Shown here: positions 26,621 to 38,945 of the stretch, in pieces
How the letters are laid out: each line of letters starts with the position of its first letter
How positions within the stretch are numbered: position 1 is the first letter of the stretch
Assembly: GCF_036321535.1 (NCBI RefSeq)
Contig: NC_087437.1
Span: 45,448,001 to 45,512,000, forward strand
DNA length: 64,000 bases
Direction: 5' to 3'
From: Camelus dromedarius
Lineage: Eukaryota
Made by a program: the position numbers and the translations under genes
The notes under the pieces: generated by a model
What the model was told of the DNA's origin: nothing
The model's database searches: none
What the model saw: only the letters and a program-made list of their open reading frames with translations

Positions 26621-28685
26621 TTTGCAGATGACATGATACTATATATAGAAAATCCTAAAGATGCTACCGGAAAACTACCAGAGCTCATCAATGAATGTGG
26701 TAAAGCTTCAGGATACAAAATTAATGTACAGAAATCAACTGCATTTCTATACACTAATAATGAAATAGCAGATAAAGAAATTAAGGGGAAAATCCCATTT
26801 ACCATCGCATCAAAAAAATAAAATACTCAGGAATAAACCTACCTAAGGAGGCATAGGACCCATACTCCAAAAACTAAGACACTGATAAAAGAAACTGAAG
26901 ACAACACAAACAGATGGAAAGATGTACTGTGTTCTTGGATTGGAAGAATCAATATTGTTAAAATGGCCATACTATCCAAGGTAATATGCAGAATCAATGT
27001 AATCCCCATCAAATTACCAATGACATTTTTCAAAGAACTGGAACAAAAAAATGTTAAAATTTGTATGGAAACACAAAAGACCCCAAATAGCAAAACAATC
27101 TTGAGAGAGAAGAACAATGCTGGGGGAATCACACTCCCTGACTTCAGACTATACAATAAAGCTACAGTAATCAAAACAGTACGGTACTGGCACAAAAAAA
27201 AAACAGTCACACAGATCAATGGAACAGGATAGAAAGTCCAGAAATAAATCCACACACTTATGATCAATTAAGCTACAACAAAGGGGGCAAGGATATACAA
27301 TGGACAAAAGGCAGCTTCTTCAAAAAGTGGTGCTGGGAAAACTGGACAGCTACTCTGTAACACCATATACGAAAATAAACTCAAATTGAGTTAAAAGACC
27401 TAAATGGAAGACAAGATACTATAAAACTCCAAGAAGAAAACATAGATAGAATACTCTTTGACATAAATTGCAGCCTTATTTTTTGCATGTCTCCTAAACC
27501 AAAGGAAACAAAAGCAAAAATAAATAAATGGGACCTAATTAAACTTAAAAGCTTTTGCACAGCAAAGGAAACCATAAACAAAACAAAAAGACAACCTACA
27601 GAATGGGAAAAATATTTGCAAATGAACAAAGGGACTAATATCCAAAATATACAAACAGCTCAAACAGTTTAATATTAAAAAAACAAAAACAAAAAACAAG
27701 CAACCCAATCAAATGGCAGAAGACCTAAACAGAAATTTCTCCAAAGAAGATATCCACATGGCCAACAGGCACATGAAAAGATGCTCAATATCGCTGATTA
27801 TTAGAGAAATGCAAATCAAAACTACAATGAGGTATCATCTTATACCAGTCAGAATGGCCGTGATTAAAAAGTCTACAAATAATAAATGCGAGAGAGGGTG
27901 TGCAGAAAAAGGAACCCTCCTACACTGTTGGTGGGAATGTAAATTGGTGCAGTCACTACAGAAGACAGTATGAAGGCTGCTTAAAAAACTAAAAACAGAG
28001 TTGCCATATGATCCAACAATCCCACTCCTGGACATATATCCAGAGAAAACTCTAACTCAAAAAGATACATGCACCCCAGTGTTCATAGCAGCACTATCTG
28101 CAGTAGCCAAGACATGGAAACAACCTAAATGACCATCAGTAGATGACTGGGTAAGAAGATGTGGTATGTATGTGTGTGCATGTGTGTATATACATATGTG
28201 TATATATACATATGTAAACACATACATAATGGAATATTACTCAGCCATAAAAAGAATGAAATAATACCACTTGCAGCAACATGAATGGACCTAGAGATTA
28301 TCACATTAAGTGAGGTAAATCAGAGAAAGACTAATATCATATAATATCACTTATATGTGAAATTTTTTTTAAAAGATACAAATTTTATTGATAAACCAGA
28401 AGTATACTCACATAGAAAACAAACTGTGGTTTACCAAAGGGGAATGTGTGGGGGAGGGATAAATCAGGAGTTGGGGATTAACAGATACATATTTCTATAT
28501 ATAAAATAGATAAACAATAAGGACCTACCTACTGTATAGCACAGGGAAATATATTCAATATCTGGTAATAAGCTATGGAAAAATAATATGAAATATATAT
28601 GTATGTATAAGTGAATCGCCTTGCTGTATACCTGAAACTAACATTATAAATCAACCACACTTCAATAAAAAATAAAATCTTTTAA
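26621..28685 (+). mobile_element. 5'-truncated L1, ~2.07 kb (ORF2 RT to C-terminus, frameshifted, + 3' UTR)
   Basis: ORF pieces [67 protein letters not shown] in different frames; 3' UTR, AATAAA and A tail. Confidence 0.97.
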
Positions 28686-28757
28686 AAAGTCGAAGCTGAG
28701 GGAGTGAGTTTAACTCTTCTCTTTCACCCAATAGCACAGCAGTCCTCAAACTTCAGT
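28686..28757 (+). repeat. 72-bp direct repeat, copy 2
   Basis: Directly follows the L1 A tail; matches 25926-25997. Confidence 0.95.
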
Positions 28758-28908
28758 GATCACAAGGACTGTTAGAGAGATAAGTAAAAATGAGAATCTA
28801 CAGAAAGTTTGACTCAGTAGGACTGAGTGGTGCTTATAAATTTGTATTTAACAGATATCCTAGGAGACCTTAATGCCAGTTCTTTGGGTCACACATTGAT
28901 AAACTCTA
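28740..28908. mobile_element. MER5-type hAT element
   Basis: cagtcctcaaacttcagtg...tgactcagtaggactgagtggtgc...tgtatttaacag...gggtcacacattgataaac. Confidence 0.65.
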
Positions 28909-30209
28909 TACTAGAGACTTTACTGTGACTTTTCCAGATACTTTCTGGTTGTTGTCTCTAGGAATGACCTCCAGGGAAGGTCAGACCTTATCCCCCAAGT
29001 CTCAGCATAGTCTTGAGGTTTCAAAGGCTTAACTGAGCATAACAATCCTTTCAGAATGGTACTCAATTGCATTTATATGAGACAGACCTAGAATAACGCA
29101 GGTCCCTCTATACAGGACCTGCCACTACCTTTCACCGGGACCTTGAAAAAGGCACTTACCTGCTACCTTCCTAAAATGAGAAGATTTGGCCAGATCTATA
29201 GTGCAGATATTTACTCCTTTCATATTTTAAAACTTTCACAAACTATCTTCTCCACAGGATTGCCAATAGCCTTCACATTCTAATGATTAGGAAAGTATTG
29301 TCAAATCACTCTTAAGATTTCAGGAACACTTTAAAATAACTCCATTTGACGCTATTCAAAATAGCATCTAAATTGGTTTGAAAACTAGTGAGAAATAGTG
29401 AACGTGAGACATTAAGAAAGCGACTGGTGTCTACATGGAACTGCAGACGTCACACCACAACCCTGAGAGTCCCCTGAGAGCCACAGGCTGCAGCACGGAA
29501 ACCACAGGACTAGATGCTCTTTAAGGATCCCTTTATTCCAACTTACTGAGATGCTAAGACTGGGATTATTAATAGGAAATATATTGGTAAATTAATTAAG
29601 TTACTAATTAAATATTGACAAATATTAATTTTTAATTAAAAATTTTAGTATGTAACCCGATTTCCTTCTTATTTCTTCTTTCAACATGTTAAAAGCTGGC
29701 TGAGAATGGAACAACTTTCTCAAGATGCAAACCACTCTGCTGTAAGAAGAGGCCTTTAGGACAGGGGTAAATAGAACTGTGAAATTAACTCGGTCAGGTT
29801 AATTTAAATTCAACTCTGGCCATACTCGTTGTTCCAACTGGCTTGTGCCTATAACAACAAGCCTACCTGTATCTGAAGTGTTAGAGTGGCATTCCAAGCG
29901 CCTCTCTGTTTTTCATGGCTGTTTCTGGGAACTACAAGGGGTCAAGTGGCCCAATATCATCTCCATCACAATCTGATTAGTCTCAGCCTGGGGAGGGGGT
30001 GTATGTTTGTCTATCAATATAGAGACTAACAATCGGACAAATTAGTCCATTCAGTCAGAAGGCCGTTCAACTATGTTTAAACTTATTTTTATCATAATGT
30101 AAGCAAACACCTGGATAGAACTTTTTCTTTTTTCCTAAACTGTGGGTGTTAGTAGAAAATCTGACTCCCATGCTGCGGTCTCCTTAAGAGCCTTGAGCAC
30201 TTGTCATTC

Positions 30210-30296
30210 AACATGCCGATTCTGGTGCCTTTCAGAGCATTTGCACACAGCAGGTGCCTCACAAATTTGCAACAAGTGAATGATGAATAAATGAAC
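30210..30296 (+). mobile_element. L2 3' end
   Basis: gcacacagcaggtgcctcacaaatttgc...tgaatgatgaataaatgaa. Confidence 0.6.
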
Positions 30297-31782
30297 GTAG
30301 GAACGAACCAGTACAGGTAAACGGATGCTTTTTCTCTCAGTTTACTTTGTTTCATTGAACAGATATGTACACTGTCTAAGTCTTTACCATTCCCATGCTT
30401 TGGTCTTAAATACGTTTAGTGACCAGGAGATTTTACCAGTGCTAAGTACATATCTCATTATCAGTGACTGTTTTACCTGCTGAAAGAATTCAGCTCCATG
30501 TTCTCTATACACAAATGCAAGTCTGTTCAATTTTACTCCCACGAAGCTGAACAGAAGGTTGATTTATTTAAGAGCAATCCACTGAAAACCAACAATTCAA
30601 GGTGCAATGAAGGACCTAAAAGGAGCATTCAGATTCAAGCTCTGTCTGGAAGATCTTAAAATGGCATGGGAGAGAAAAACCTGATATGGAGACACCTAAT
30701 AAACAGACTGGTAATAAATGCTACAGAAAAAGTACAGGTAATGTATTATGAGAAGTAACTATATCAGCTATAATTACCCTTAACTGGATTTGCATAAAGA
30801 CTCAGAGAAAATGCCTAAGAAATTCTAGCCAATTTCAGTGCCTATGTCATCTGTTCTTTGTGAGCAAAAGTTTCCATTGACTTTAATGCTAAATAGATGA
30901 TCCACATTTTATTCACAAATCTCTACTATTTAATTATAATACGTAAGTATATAATTAAATATTCATACCCAAATCCAAGAATCCAAACAAGTGTCTTTGC
31001 CTGAAATTGCAAGCCCTTAAATTTATATTTACCTGCCCACCTACCAAGATTCCCAATGGAACAATTTGGATTTAAGCCACCACTGATATCCAAACGTTAG
31101 ACGTGGTCTTGGTAAATCCAATGCAGTAGTGACTACTTCTCAAGAGTGCACCTGAAACCCATGCTGTTTGTATTGGTAGTCATTTGATTCCTTAATTATA
31201 GGTGATAGCATCTAAAGACCTTTTATTCTCAAAGTTGAAACAGTTTGTAGCACTTAGAGCCAGATCAATTACTTGGTATAGCTTTTCATCGTGCTTTTTA
31301 AGTTTTGATCTCTATGTTATGTTTGAAGGACACAGAACAATTTATTTTTCTAAGTATCACCAGCATTTTGTAAAGTTAAATTTTTAAGGGGAAGAATTAC
31401 GTATGACATAACATCTACTAAAATGCACCTGTTACCTCTCAAGTTGAAAGATTAAAGGATTTAGATAAACATGGAGAGGTAAGAATAATACCAGAATCTA
31501 GCACCACTGCCATTTTTGTATAAAAATGACTGATATCAATTTACATCTCATATTGGATACACAAAATGTTGTCAAGCCTGATTAGTACTAAAACAGACAT
31601 CTTTTTCAGTTTAATAATGTGGATTCCAATTACTTTGCCTCCTATGATTAAGGAGAAAACACAAAATATTTGATAATTACTAGATGAGATTGTGACAAAT
31701 GTATTTAGTGGCCTGAAGTTTTCCAAAGAAAGTTCAAACTATTCAATAATTCCCTGAAATCAAACAATATGTTCACCTTATC

Positions 31783-31950
31783 CAGAGGTGCACTCAGTCT
31801 TTAGGGATCTGAAGCTTGTACAATTTGGAGTTCCTTTCGGTTAAAGAACACAAAAGGACTAACACAAAATCAAGTTCAGCAACTTGAAAGGTGCAGGTCA
31901 AGTGAGAGAATCTGAAGTATGAGCACCCCAGCTTCATGGTGAGCCCCTCC
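31783..31950. mobile_element. Short non-autonomous hAT element (family uncertain)
   Basis: cagaggtg...gggatctgaagcttgtacaatttgga...caagtgagagaatctgaag...agcttcatggtgagcccctcc resembles a recalled MER consensus. Confidence 0.5.
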
Positions 31951-32129
31951 AACCGAAACTTACAATGCATATTCCAATATGCTTGGCATTAAAGGCTCGC
32001 CATACCAAGGCTGGCTCAGTGCTCCGAGACGGCGCGCCCTTTGGAGATATGAGATGCTGTGTCTGCTGGCTGGCTGAGCTAGACTAGTTCAACCCAGTGT
32101 GTGTAGCTGTCTCCAGTCTTCTACTGAGA

Positions 32130-32370
32130 AGTAGCAACTAAGAGCCATCTTTACAGGCAGACTGAGGGGATCTGAATCTTTGCTCTCCCCCTGCTTGTGT
32201 GATCAGGAGCAAATTATCAACCACTCCTCAGGCTGCTTCCTCATCCACAAAATGGGAATAACCACAATAAGAACACCTATTTCATAGAACTGTTAGATTA
32301 AAGCATGACTTAAAGCACATGAAATGTCTGACACAGTGTCTTAACACCTACCAAACAGATGTTGATCCTC
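32130..32370 (+). mobile_element. MIR
   Basis: tgtgtgatcaggagcaaattatcaacc...ttcctcatccacaaaatgggaataa...acctatttcatagaactgttagattaaa. Confidence 0.75.
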
Positions 32371-33295
32371 ACTAAAAAACAAGTGTATTGGTGGACTTTA
32401 AGTACAATGACAACATGATTATTCCTATGAATCATGCTTGATGACTTCTACAGAGTCTTCTTTGCTAGATGCTGCTGGTATGTGTGTACATGATATATAC
32501 ATATGACTAATGTATATTATAGTCATGTACATATGACTGAGCATAACATGACTAAAATTCTATGTAGAGTTTATCCTATTAGTAGATTCCAGGCTTAAAC
32601 TCCAGAAGAGATGTAGTGAATTGTTAATTATATCCTTTCATTCTATCTGAAAAAAAGTTACAAAATTGTACAGATAGCTGTATATGTCACAGAAGCCTTA
32701 GATTTTTATTATTATCGAAATTAATAAATATCAGATTCAAGCTTTGATCTCTAGATACTTTGATCAATAAAAGTAAAACAAAAAAATTTTAATTATTCAT
32801 TCATTTGGCCCTTCTTTAAATCCAGCTGACCTAAGTCTCCAAAACATTCTTTATAGATTGAGAGTAGAATTTCCCAAGTGGATTGATTTCTCAAGGAAAT
32901 TAAATCAGTGTAGAAAAGAAGAAAGTTACTGAATTGTCCTGACTTTTTGATCAAAGATAAATAGATAAATGTTTTTCCACTTTTAGTTCCAGAGAATAAG
33001 GACGAAGTCCTTGTAACAAAAGGCTTGCCTGACTTTTAATACTGGAAGAGAAATAATCGAACAATATTCTCTCCTTTAAAATTCCCTTCCAAAGATTTTC
33101 TTCAAAGGCCATAGGGTTTTGATAGATTTCTTTTTTTCACTTGGCTAGTTCCACTAAGTTTCAAGTTCTTTTTCATTCACAAATTTAAGTATGTTAATCC
33201 GTATTTTATTCAATTTGAGTCAATTTGTATCTGAGAAACTAATGAAGAATCAGCCTAAGCATGCACAGTCTGTATCTGTATTCATACAGACACTA

Positions 33296-33650
33296 CAGGT
33301 GGCCCTCCGTATCCACAGTTTCCACATCTGCAATTTCAACCAACTGCCGTTCAAAATATTTGGGAAAAAAAATCCCAGAAAGTTCCCAAGAGCAAAACTT
33401 GAATTTCCAAAACACCAGCAACTATTTACATAGCATTTCTATTGTATTTACCACCATTTTCACAGTACTTATATTGTATTCGGTATTAAAAGTTATCCAG
33501 AGATGAGTTAAAGTATGTAGGGAAGATGTTTGTGGGTTATATCTAAACACTGTACTATTTTATGTAAGGGGCTCGAAGTCTTGAGCACCCATGAGTTTTG
33601 GTATCTGAGACGGTCCTGGAAACAATCCCCTGTGGATTCCAAGGGCCAAC

Positions 33651-33652
<2 letters not shown>
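33296..33652. mobile_element. MER2-type TcMar-Tigger element, complete
   Basis: TIRs caggtggccctccgtatccacag / ctgtggattccaagggccaacta; TA at 33294-33295 and 33653-33654. Confidence 0.9.

Positions 33653-33653
<1 letters not shown>

Positions 33654-33688
<35 letters not shown>
33654..33688 (+). repeat. (CA)n microsatellite
   Basis: Uninterrupted run abutting the MER2 end. Confidence 0.95.
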
Positions 33689-33690
<2 letters not shown>

Positions 33691-34419
33691 GAGAGAAGAT
33701 GTACACTGTAGAAGTACATATATACACAAGAAGATTATGAGGTTTGATGTCAGAGAGATACTACTGGCTTCAGGCAACAGAGATGAATCAGATTTCTTTT
33801 TTTACATGCCAAGTTTAGACATGGCCAGTCACAAGTGCTGATGTAATTAATTCATGATGCCAAAGGACTCAGCTTCTGTTCTGCTGCCCTTCAGATTTGG
33901 GGTTGCTGATTCCCTCTGTCCCTCTTAGAAAAACAAAAAACCTTCACAGAATCTTCCCTAGCAGTTGCCTGCCTAAACTTATGGGCCAGAATTGAGTCAC
34001 TTTTTTTTTTCATAGCTGACAGGCAGAGGAAGTGAGTACCCATCTAAAAATCTACAGTGGAAGCAAGCAAGGATGAAGGGAATGGGAACAAATGTTATAT
34101 TTGCCACCAAATATAACAACACAACAAATATAAGCAAGTACACATTAAAAATAACACCACATAATGATTATGTTTCTCTAATATTTCTGTTTCAAAGCAT
34201 CTTCATACCTACCACATTAATTAGTAGAAGTAAGACTCTTTGCTGGATGGTAACTAGTGACTTAAAGACTTAATTCTTTACTCATTATTTAAACATGTTT
34301 TGCATGATAGCTTACAGCTAGACACTATACTGTAGGTGCTACAGAGGCATAGATGAACTGTTCGTAGTTTTCTCCCTCAGGGATGAACAAAGGCATTAAA
34401 AAAAAAAGGCAGTTGTAGT

Positions 34420-35002
34420 GTGTATTAGGTAGAAAAATGTCCCCAACTCCCAAGACGACCGTATCTGAATCCTGTGTATGTGTTGCCCTGCCTGGCAAAA
34501 GGAAATTAAGACTGCAGATGGAATTAAGGTGCTAATCAGCTGACTTGGAGAGATGGGGAGATGGTCATGGATTATTTAAATGGGTCCAGTCTAATCATCC
34601 TTAAAGATGGAAAGAGGCAGAAGGGTGTGTCAGAGAGATAAGACATGAGAAGGACTGGACTTGCCATAGCTGGCTTCAAAGATGGAGGAAGAGGACGAGG
34701 AACCACAATATGTGGTGGTCTCTAGAAGATGGGAGGGAAGAGTCCATAGCTTATAGCCCGCAAGAAAATGGGAAAAGTGGTCTGACAACTACAAGACCTG
34801 AATTCTGCCAATGACCTGAATAAGCCTGGGTAAGGATTCTCCCCCGGAAGAACCTCTGGTAAGAGATGCAGCCTGTCTGTCTACACCTTGATTTTTAGTG
34901 CAGTAAGAGTTGTTATCTACACAATTATAAGATAATACATTTATGCTCTTTTAAGCCACTAAGTTTGTAGTAATTTGCTACAGAAACAAAAAATTGAAAT
35001 AT
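34420..35002 (+). mobile_element. MLT1D/E-type MaLR LTR
   Basis: tgcagatggaattaaggtgctaatcagctgac...gctggcttcaaagatggagg...tgaattctgccaa...ttttaagccactaagtttgtagtaatttg. Confidence 0.88.
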
Positions 35003-36371
35003 AATGATATGTTAATAGGTACATTATACAAAAGATTATGATCTAGTGCAGTAAGAGCTTAAGAAATATCTTAGCACATTAAGAACTTTCAATTCTGTAA
35101 GTAGTAAGTGATAAGGAAACATCCAGAGCTTTCAGCTGTGGGTGAGCCACAGGAGAGAACGAATGTAGAGCTTTTTCTACATAGCACTTTCTCAATCGCA
35201 ATGTCCCCAAGTCCCACGATTCCTGGAACTTAAAATGGGCACACCTGTGGTTTGGATTCTTAACATGTTAAAGAGAGCGCTGTTTAGTAAATCTCTTTAC
35301 TAATAAACATCTGAGATGAGGCATCTTCAGGAGAGTGGCCAAATTATTCTTGTGAATTCGTTTTCGGGATTTTTTGTGTGATAATCCACGTTCAGATAAA
35401 AAGAACCTGTGTATTCACCAAACATAAAACATTTTCTTTCTAGTTGAGTTTTCCAGTTAGAATGAAGCAGTGCACACAGCAGCTGATTTTCATGTTTTTA
35501 CTACTGTGAAAACCCTTGTTTGCCTACATAGCAAGCATGCCTCAGGCACTGGTTCCTATCAAGGCTTATATATCAATGCAAGTTTGAAATTTTAAAGTGA
35601 GCCTTTACAGTGACCTAAGTAGAAAGAACATATTTGTTTTTAACTTAACTAGTGAATAGATCATTCTCCTTGTCATTAAATACACCACTGAAAAAACTGG
35701 AGGAAAAATAGACCAATCCCAGTTTCTTCTGGCAAGGCAAAAGGCAACTCAAGATAATCAAGTTTAATTTAAGCAACAGAATTAAAGTTTTTAATACAGC
35801 AACATCAGTATCATCAGAACAAATCTGACAAATGCCAGATACACCCTACAGGGTGATTTTCAAATGTTATATGTTTACTTTGTATGAAGACAATTGGAAA
35901 TAGAGTTTACTACCAAGTATACATGTCACGGCCAAATTCACTGGCTAAGCGGGTTTGCAATTTTCTGTTGTCTTAGTAATTGGCTGCGAGGCTAACCAGC
36001 AGATTGCCTGTGTGGTAAGCCAATGTGTTCCTCAAGGAGATATAAAATCCTGGTTCAACTGTGCCTCAGTACACTTTTTGCAGTTGCCTGACTGTTAGAA
36101 ATGCGTGTCTGGTTTATGACTGGAGGGAAGGATTTGGGTCTTACATTGCAATTACTACCCTGTAGCACAGTACTTTAGCTGTTTACAGCAAGATGGTCCA
36201 GGAGCTGGCAGCAGACCCAGCCAATAAAGGAGGACAAATATTTGGGAGATGACAAGGGCAGAGACTTGAAACAAAAGTTCAGTTTGGGAAATAATTACTT
36301 CCTTTAAAGATCCAACAGTCTCCAGTTAAACTTGAGGCAAAATACTTAACAGTGAAAATATTTCTATCTTA

Positions 36372-37020
36372 ACAGCCTCCTAACTGGCCTACTTGCATCC
36401 ACTCTGCCCTCTTCCATTACATTCTCTCCAAGGCTGTCTGAGAGATTGTCTCCAAGGTGTGAATCTCAGCAATGCATGACAGAGTTCACCCTTCAGCCTA
36501 AAAATTTTCAGTGGCCCTCCATCCCCTTGGGATAAACACAACACTCAAGAGGCTATGAGGTCCTGTAAAACCCACCCCTCCACCCCATCTTATATAACCC
36601 TTCCCCTTGCTCCCTGCTCCCCAGTTACACAGGTCTCTGTGCCCCATATACCTGCTGGGCTGTCTCCTGCCATTAGGTCTTTACATACTGTTTCCGCTGG
36701 ATGGAGGACTGTTCCCTCCTCTGCTGCCTCATTAACTCCCACTCACCTTTCAGGTTTCAGTTCAAGGAACATCTCAGTGAAGCCTTCCCTGACCTCCTTA
36801 AGTGGAATCCTTTCTTTTAGGTTAATACCCTCATGCAACAACTCCTATCACTTTTTACTGTTGCAAACAGACTCCTTCATGTGATATTTGATGTTATTTA
36901 CTTTTGCTAATAATGGTAAGTTCCATGACTGTCCATTTTTGCTCACTATATTTTCCCCCAGAACCTAGAAAATTGCTTGAGACATAGGCATTCAAAAAGA
37001 ATTTGTCAAATATACAAACA
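36372..37020 (+). mobile_element. L2 3' fragment
   Basis: acagcctcctaactgg...gaagccttccctgacc...ccccagaacctag...cataggcattcaa. Confidence 0.8.
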
Positions 37021-37490
37021 GATGAGGTAAGAATATTTTTGGAAATTCTTGATTATGTAACATTGTTATGCCACTATCTTCCATGAAGGAAATGAACCAC
37101 CATGTCATCTGGTATAACGTTTTCAACAGTCCATTGCTTAATCCAACTTTAAGAAGTAGAAATAAAGTCATGTAGGCAGAACTGTGTTTATACATGGCCC
37201 AGAAAGAGGCTCACAGTGGTTGGTTTGGATCAGTGAGTATGGTAAGAGCAGAGACAATCCTAGTTTTGCTACCTGGACGATGTGACTAAAGGACACAGTA
37301 CATGGTGTCTTTTCAAAGTCACTGACAAGCAGCAGATACTATGGGTTGTACTCACTTAAGATCAACTAAACTAAGAACTACTTTCAGTCCTAGAGCAGGG
37401 GTTATAACTGATAGACAAGTTAAGGAACCGTGAATCCAAGAGCTAGACTATATTTCACAGAAGCACAACTTCATTCTCCCATTTTGCATA

Positions 37491-37510
37491 AAACAAACAA
37501 ACAAACAAAC
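37491..37510 (+). repeat. (AAAC)5 microsatellite
   Basis: Read directly. Confidence 0.9.
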
Positions 37511-37839
37511 TCAGCCCAACAAACTCAAGAAATAGGTCCAAGGCCACATCCCTGTTGAGGGTGAACATCGGTGCTGGACTCCTGCTTGACAACAACTGTC
37601 TGCGCTTTCAGTCTGGCTCGTCTGTTGCCCTGAATGCACCTTATTCATGTTCCTCTTTGACATCCTCCTCACATTTCCTCCTTGGAAGTTACCTTTCTTC
37701 TTCCTCTCCATCTGTTTTTAGTGTTGCCCATCACCCAAGACCCACTCTTCTGGCCTACAGGGATGTCTCCCTTTTCTGAACTTCTATAGTACTTAGTTCT
37801 ATACCACTCACTTGACAGTCATATTATTTTTAAAACCAG

Positions 37840-38060
37840 AATAGTGGAAAGTACACAGACCTATAGTCAGAAAACTTAGGTTCAAATTCTGGCTCTCAAA
37901 CATCTTAGCTGTATTGCCCAACCTCTCTTGGTCTCTATGTTTTCATTGTAACTTAGGGAAGGTGATACCTTCTTTGTAGGGCTGTTATGAAGATTGAATG
38001 GGATTATATATGTATATGTGCCTTGGAAATTTTGCTGAATGATGACACACATACAGCTAT
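37840..38060 (+). mobile_element. MIR, within an L2 remnant ending near 38210
   Basis: atagtggaaag...agtcagaaaacttaggttcaaattctggctct...gggctgttatgaagattgaatggga. Confidence 0.75.
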
Positions 38061-38729
38061 GGTTGTTTGTGTGTTTGGGTGTTCCTACCCTACCGAGGAT
38101 ATAAACTTAAGAGACAGAGCAATGTCTGATAATTGTTTGCCTTCCATTTAGCACCTAGCACATCACTCAGCACATAGCAGGCTCTAAATAAACAATAAAT
38201 AAGTGACTGAAACCAAACCAGTTTCTGTAAAAATATAAAATGATCCATCTGCACTGTATTTGCTTTGTACATCCTTGTTTGCACCCATTAGATGACTCTA
38301 AGCTACAGTAGTAGTCTATTGGTGCATCCAAGTTACAATATTAGTCACTACAATATTAGTCACTAGCAGGAATTATTGTTGAAAAACAATTTGAACTGGT
38401 AACATCCATCTTTTGCTCTGTCAAAGCCTGGGTTTCTAAAAGCAGCGTGGAACTCCTGTGTTGTCACAGCGATAACACTTACCTGATACATTTTACAGAC
38501 AGCAGCTGCTGATAAGCGCTCTGGCCACGAAGTACCCAAATAACTCGTATGGCTAGGGATGTCAGTCACAGATCAGTCAGGTGGGAAATCTCAGGAAGTC
38601 AGTTTCACCAGCAGTTGTGGAATTCCTAAATGTTTTTCTTTCAATCTTGAAATCATGTCCAGGAGACTCCAAACAAACTGTATGGACAGGGCAGTTCAGG
38701 GGCAGAGCTCAAAAGAGGTGGAGGCTGTG

Positions 38730-38945
38730 CTGGCTCTGGTGTGATCTAAAGAGAACACACTCTGGAGCCCGTCCCACCAGCGGCAAGTCCCACCTCTGTC
38801 ATTTACTAGCATCCTAGCATTGGGCCTTCTTTAAGCCTCAACATTTTTCTGTATAAAATAGCAATAATGCAGTTGTCATGAAAATTTAAGTTTCTAGAAC
38901 ACCTAATACAGGGCACTGTGTGGCACTTGGGTGATGAGCACTGTG
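38730..38945 (+). mobile_element. MIR
   Basis: actctggagcc...caagtcccacctctgtcatttactagc...ctgtataaaatagcaataat. Confidence 0.65.

Noticed and set aside
26573..27973. Reverse transcriptase as a functional gene
   Set aside because: Split over at least four ORFs by frameshifts and deletions and truncated at FADD; dead L1
26551..28035. Several hydrophobic minus-strand ORFs
   Set aside because: Antisense frames of L1 ORF2, a common artefact
29150..29165. Minus-strand consensus donor CAG|GTAAGT
   Set aside because: Falls in a MIR-like remnant; no matching acceptor or ORF
32494..32553. Short catatgact/agtcatg direct and inverted repeats
   Set aside because: Low-complexity TA/CA-derived sequence; stem too short for a miRNA call
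34896..35057. 14-bp direct repeat tagtgcagtaagag (34896-34909, 35044-35057)
   Set aside because: One copy is inside the MLT1 LTR and does not mark an element boundary; no tail, so not a TSD
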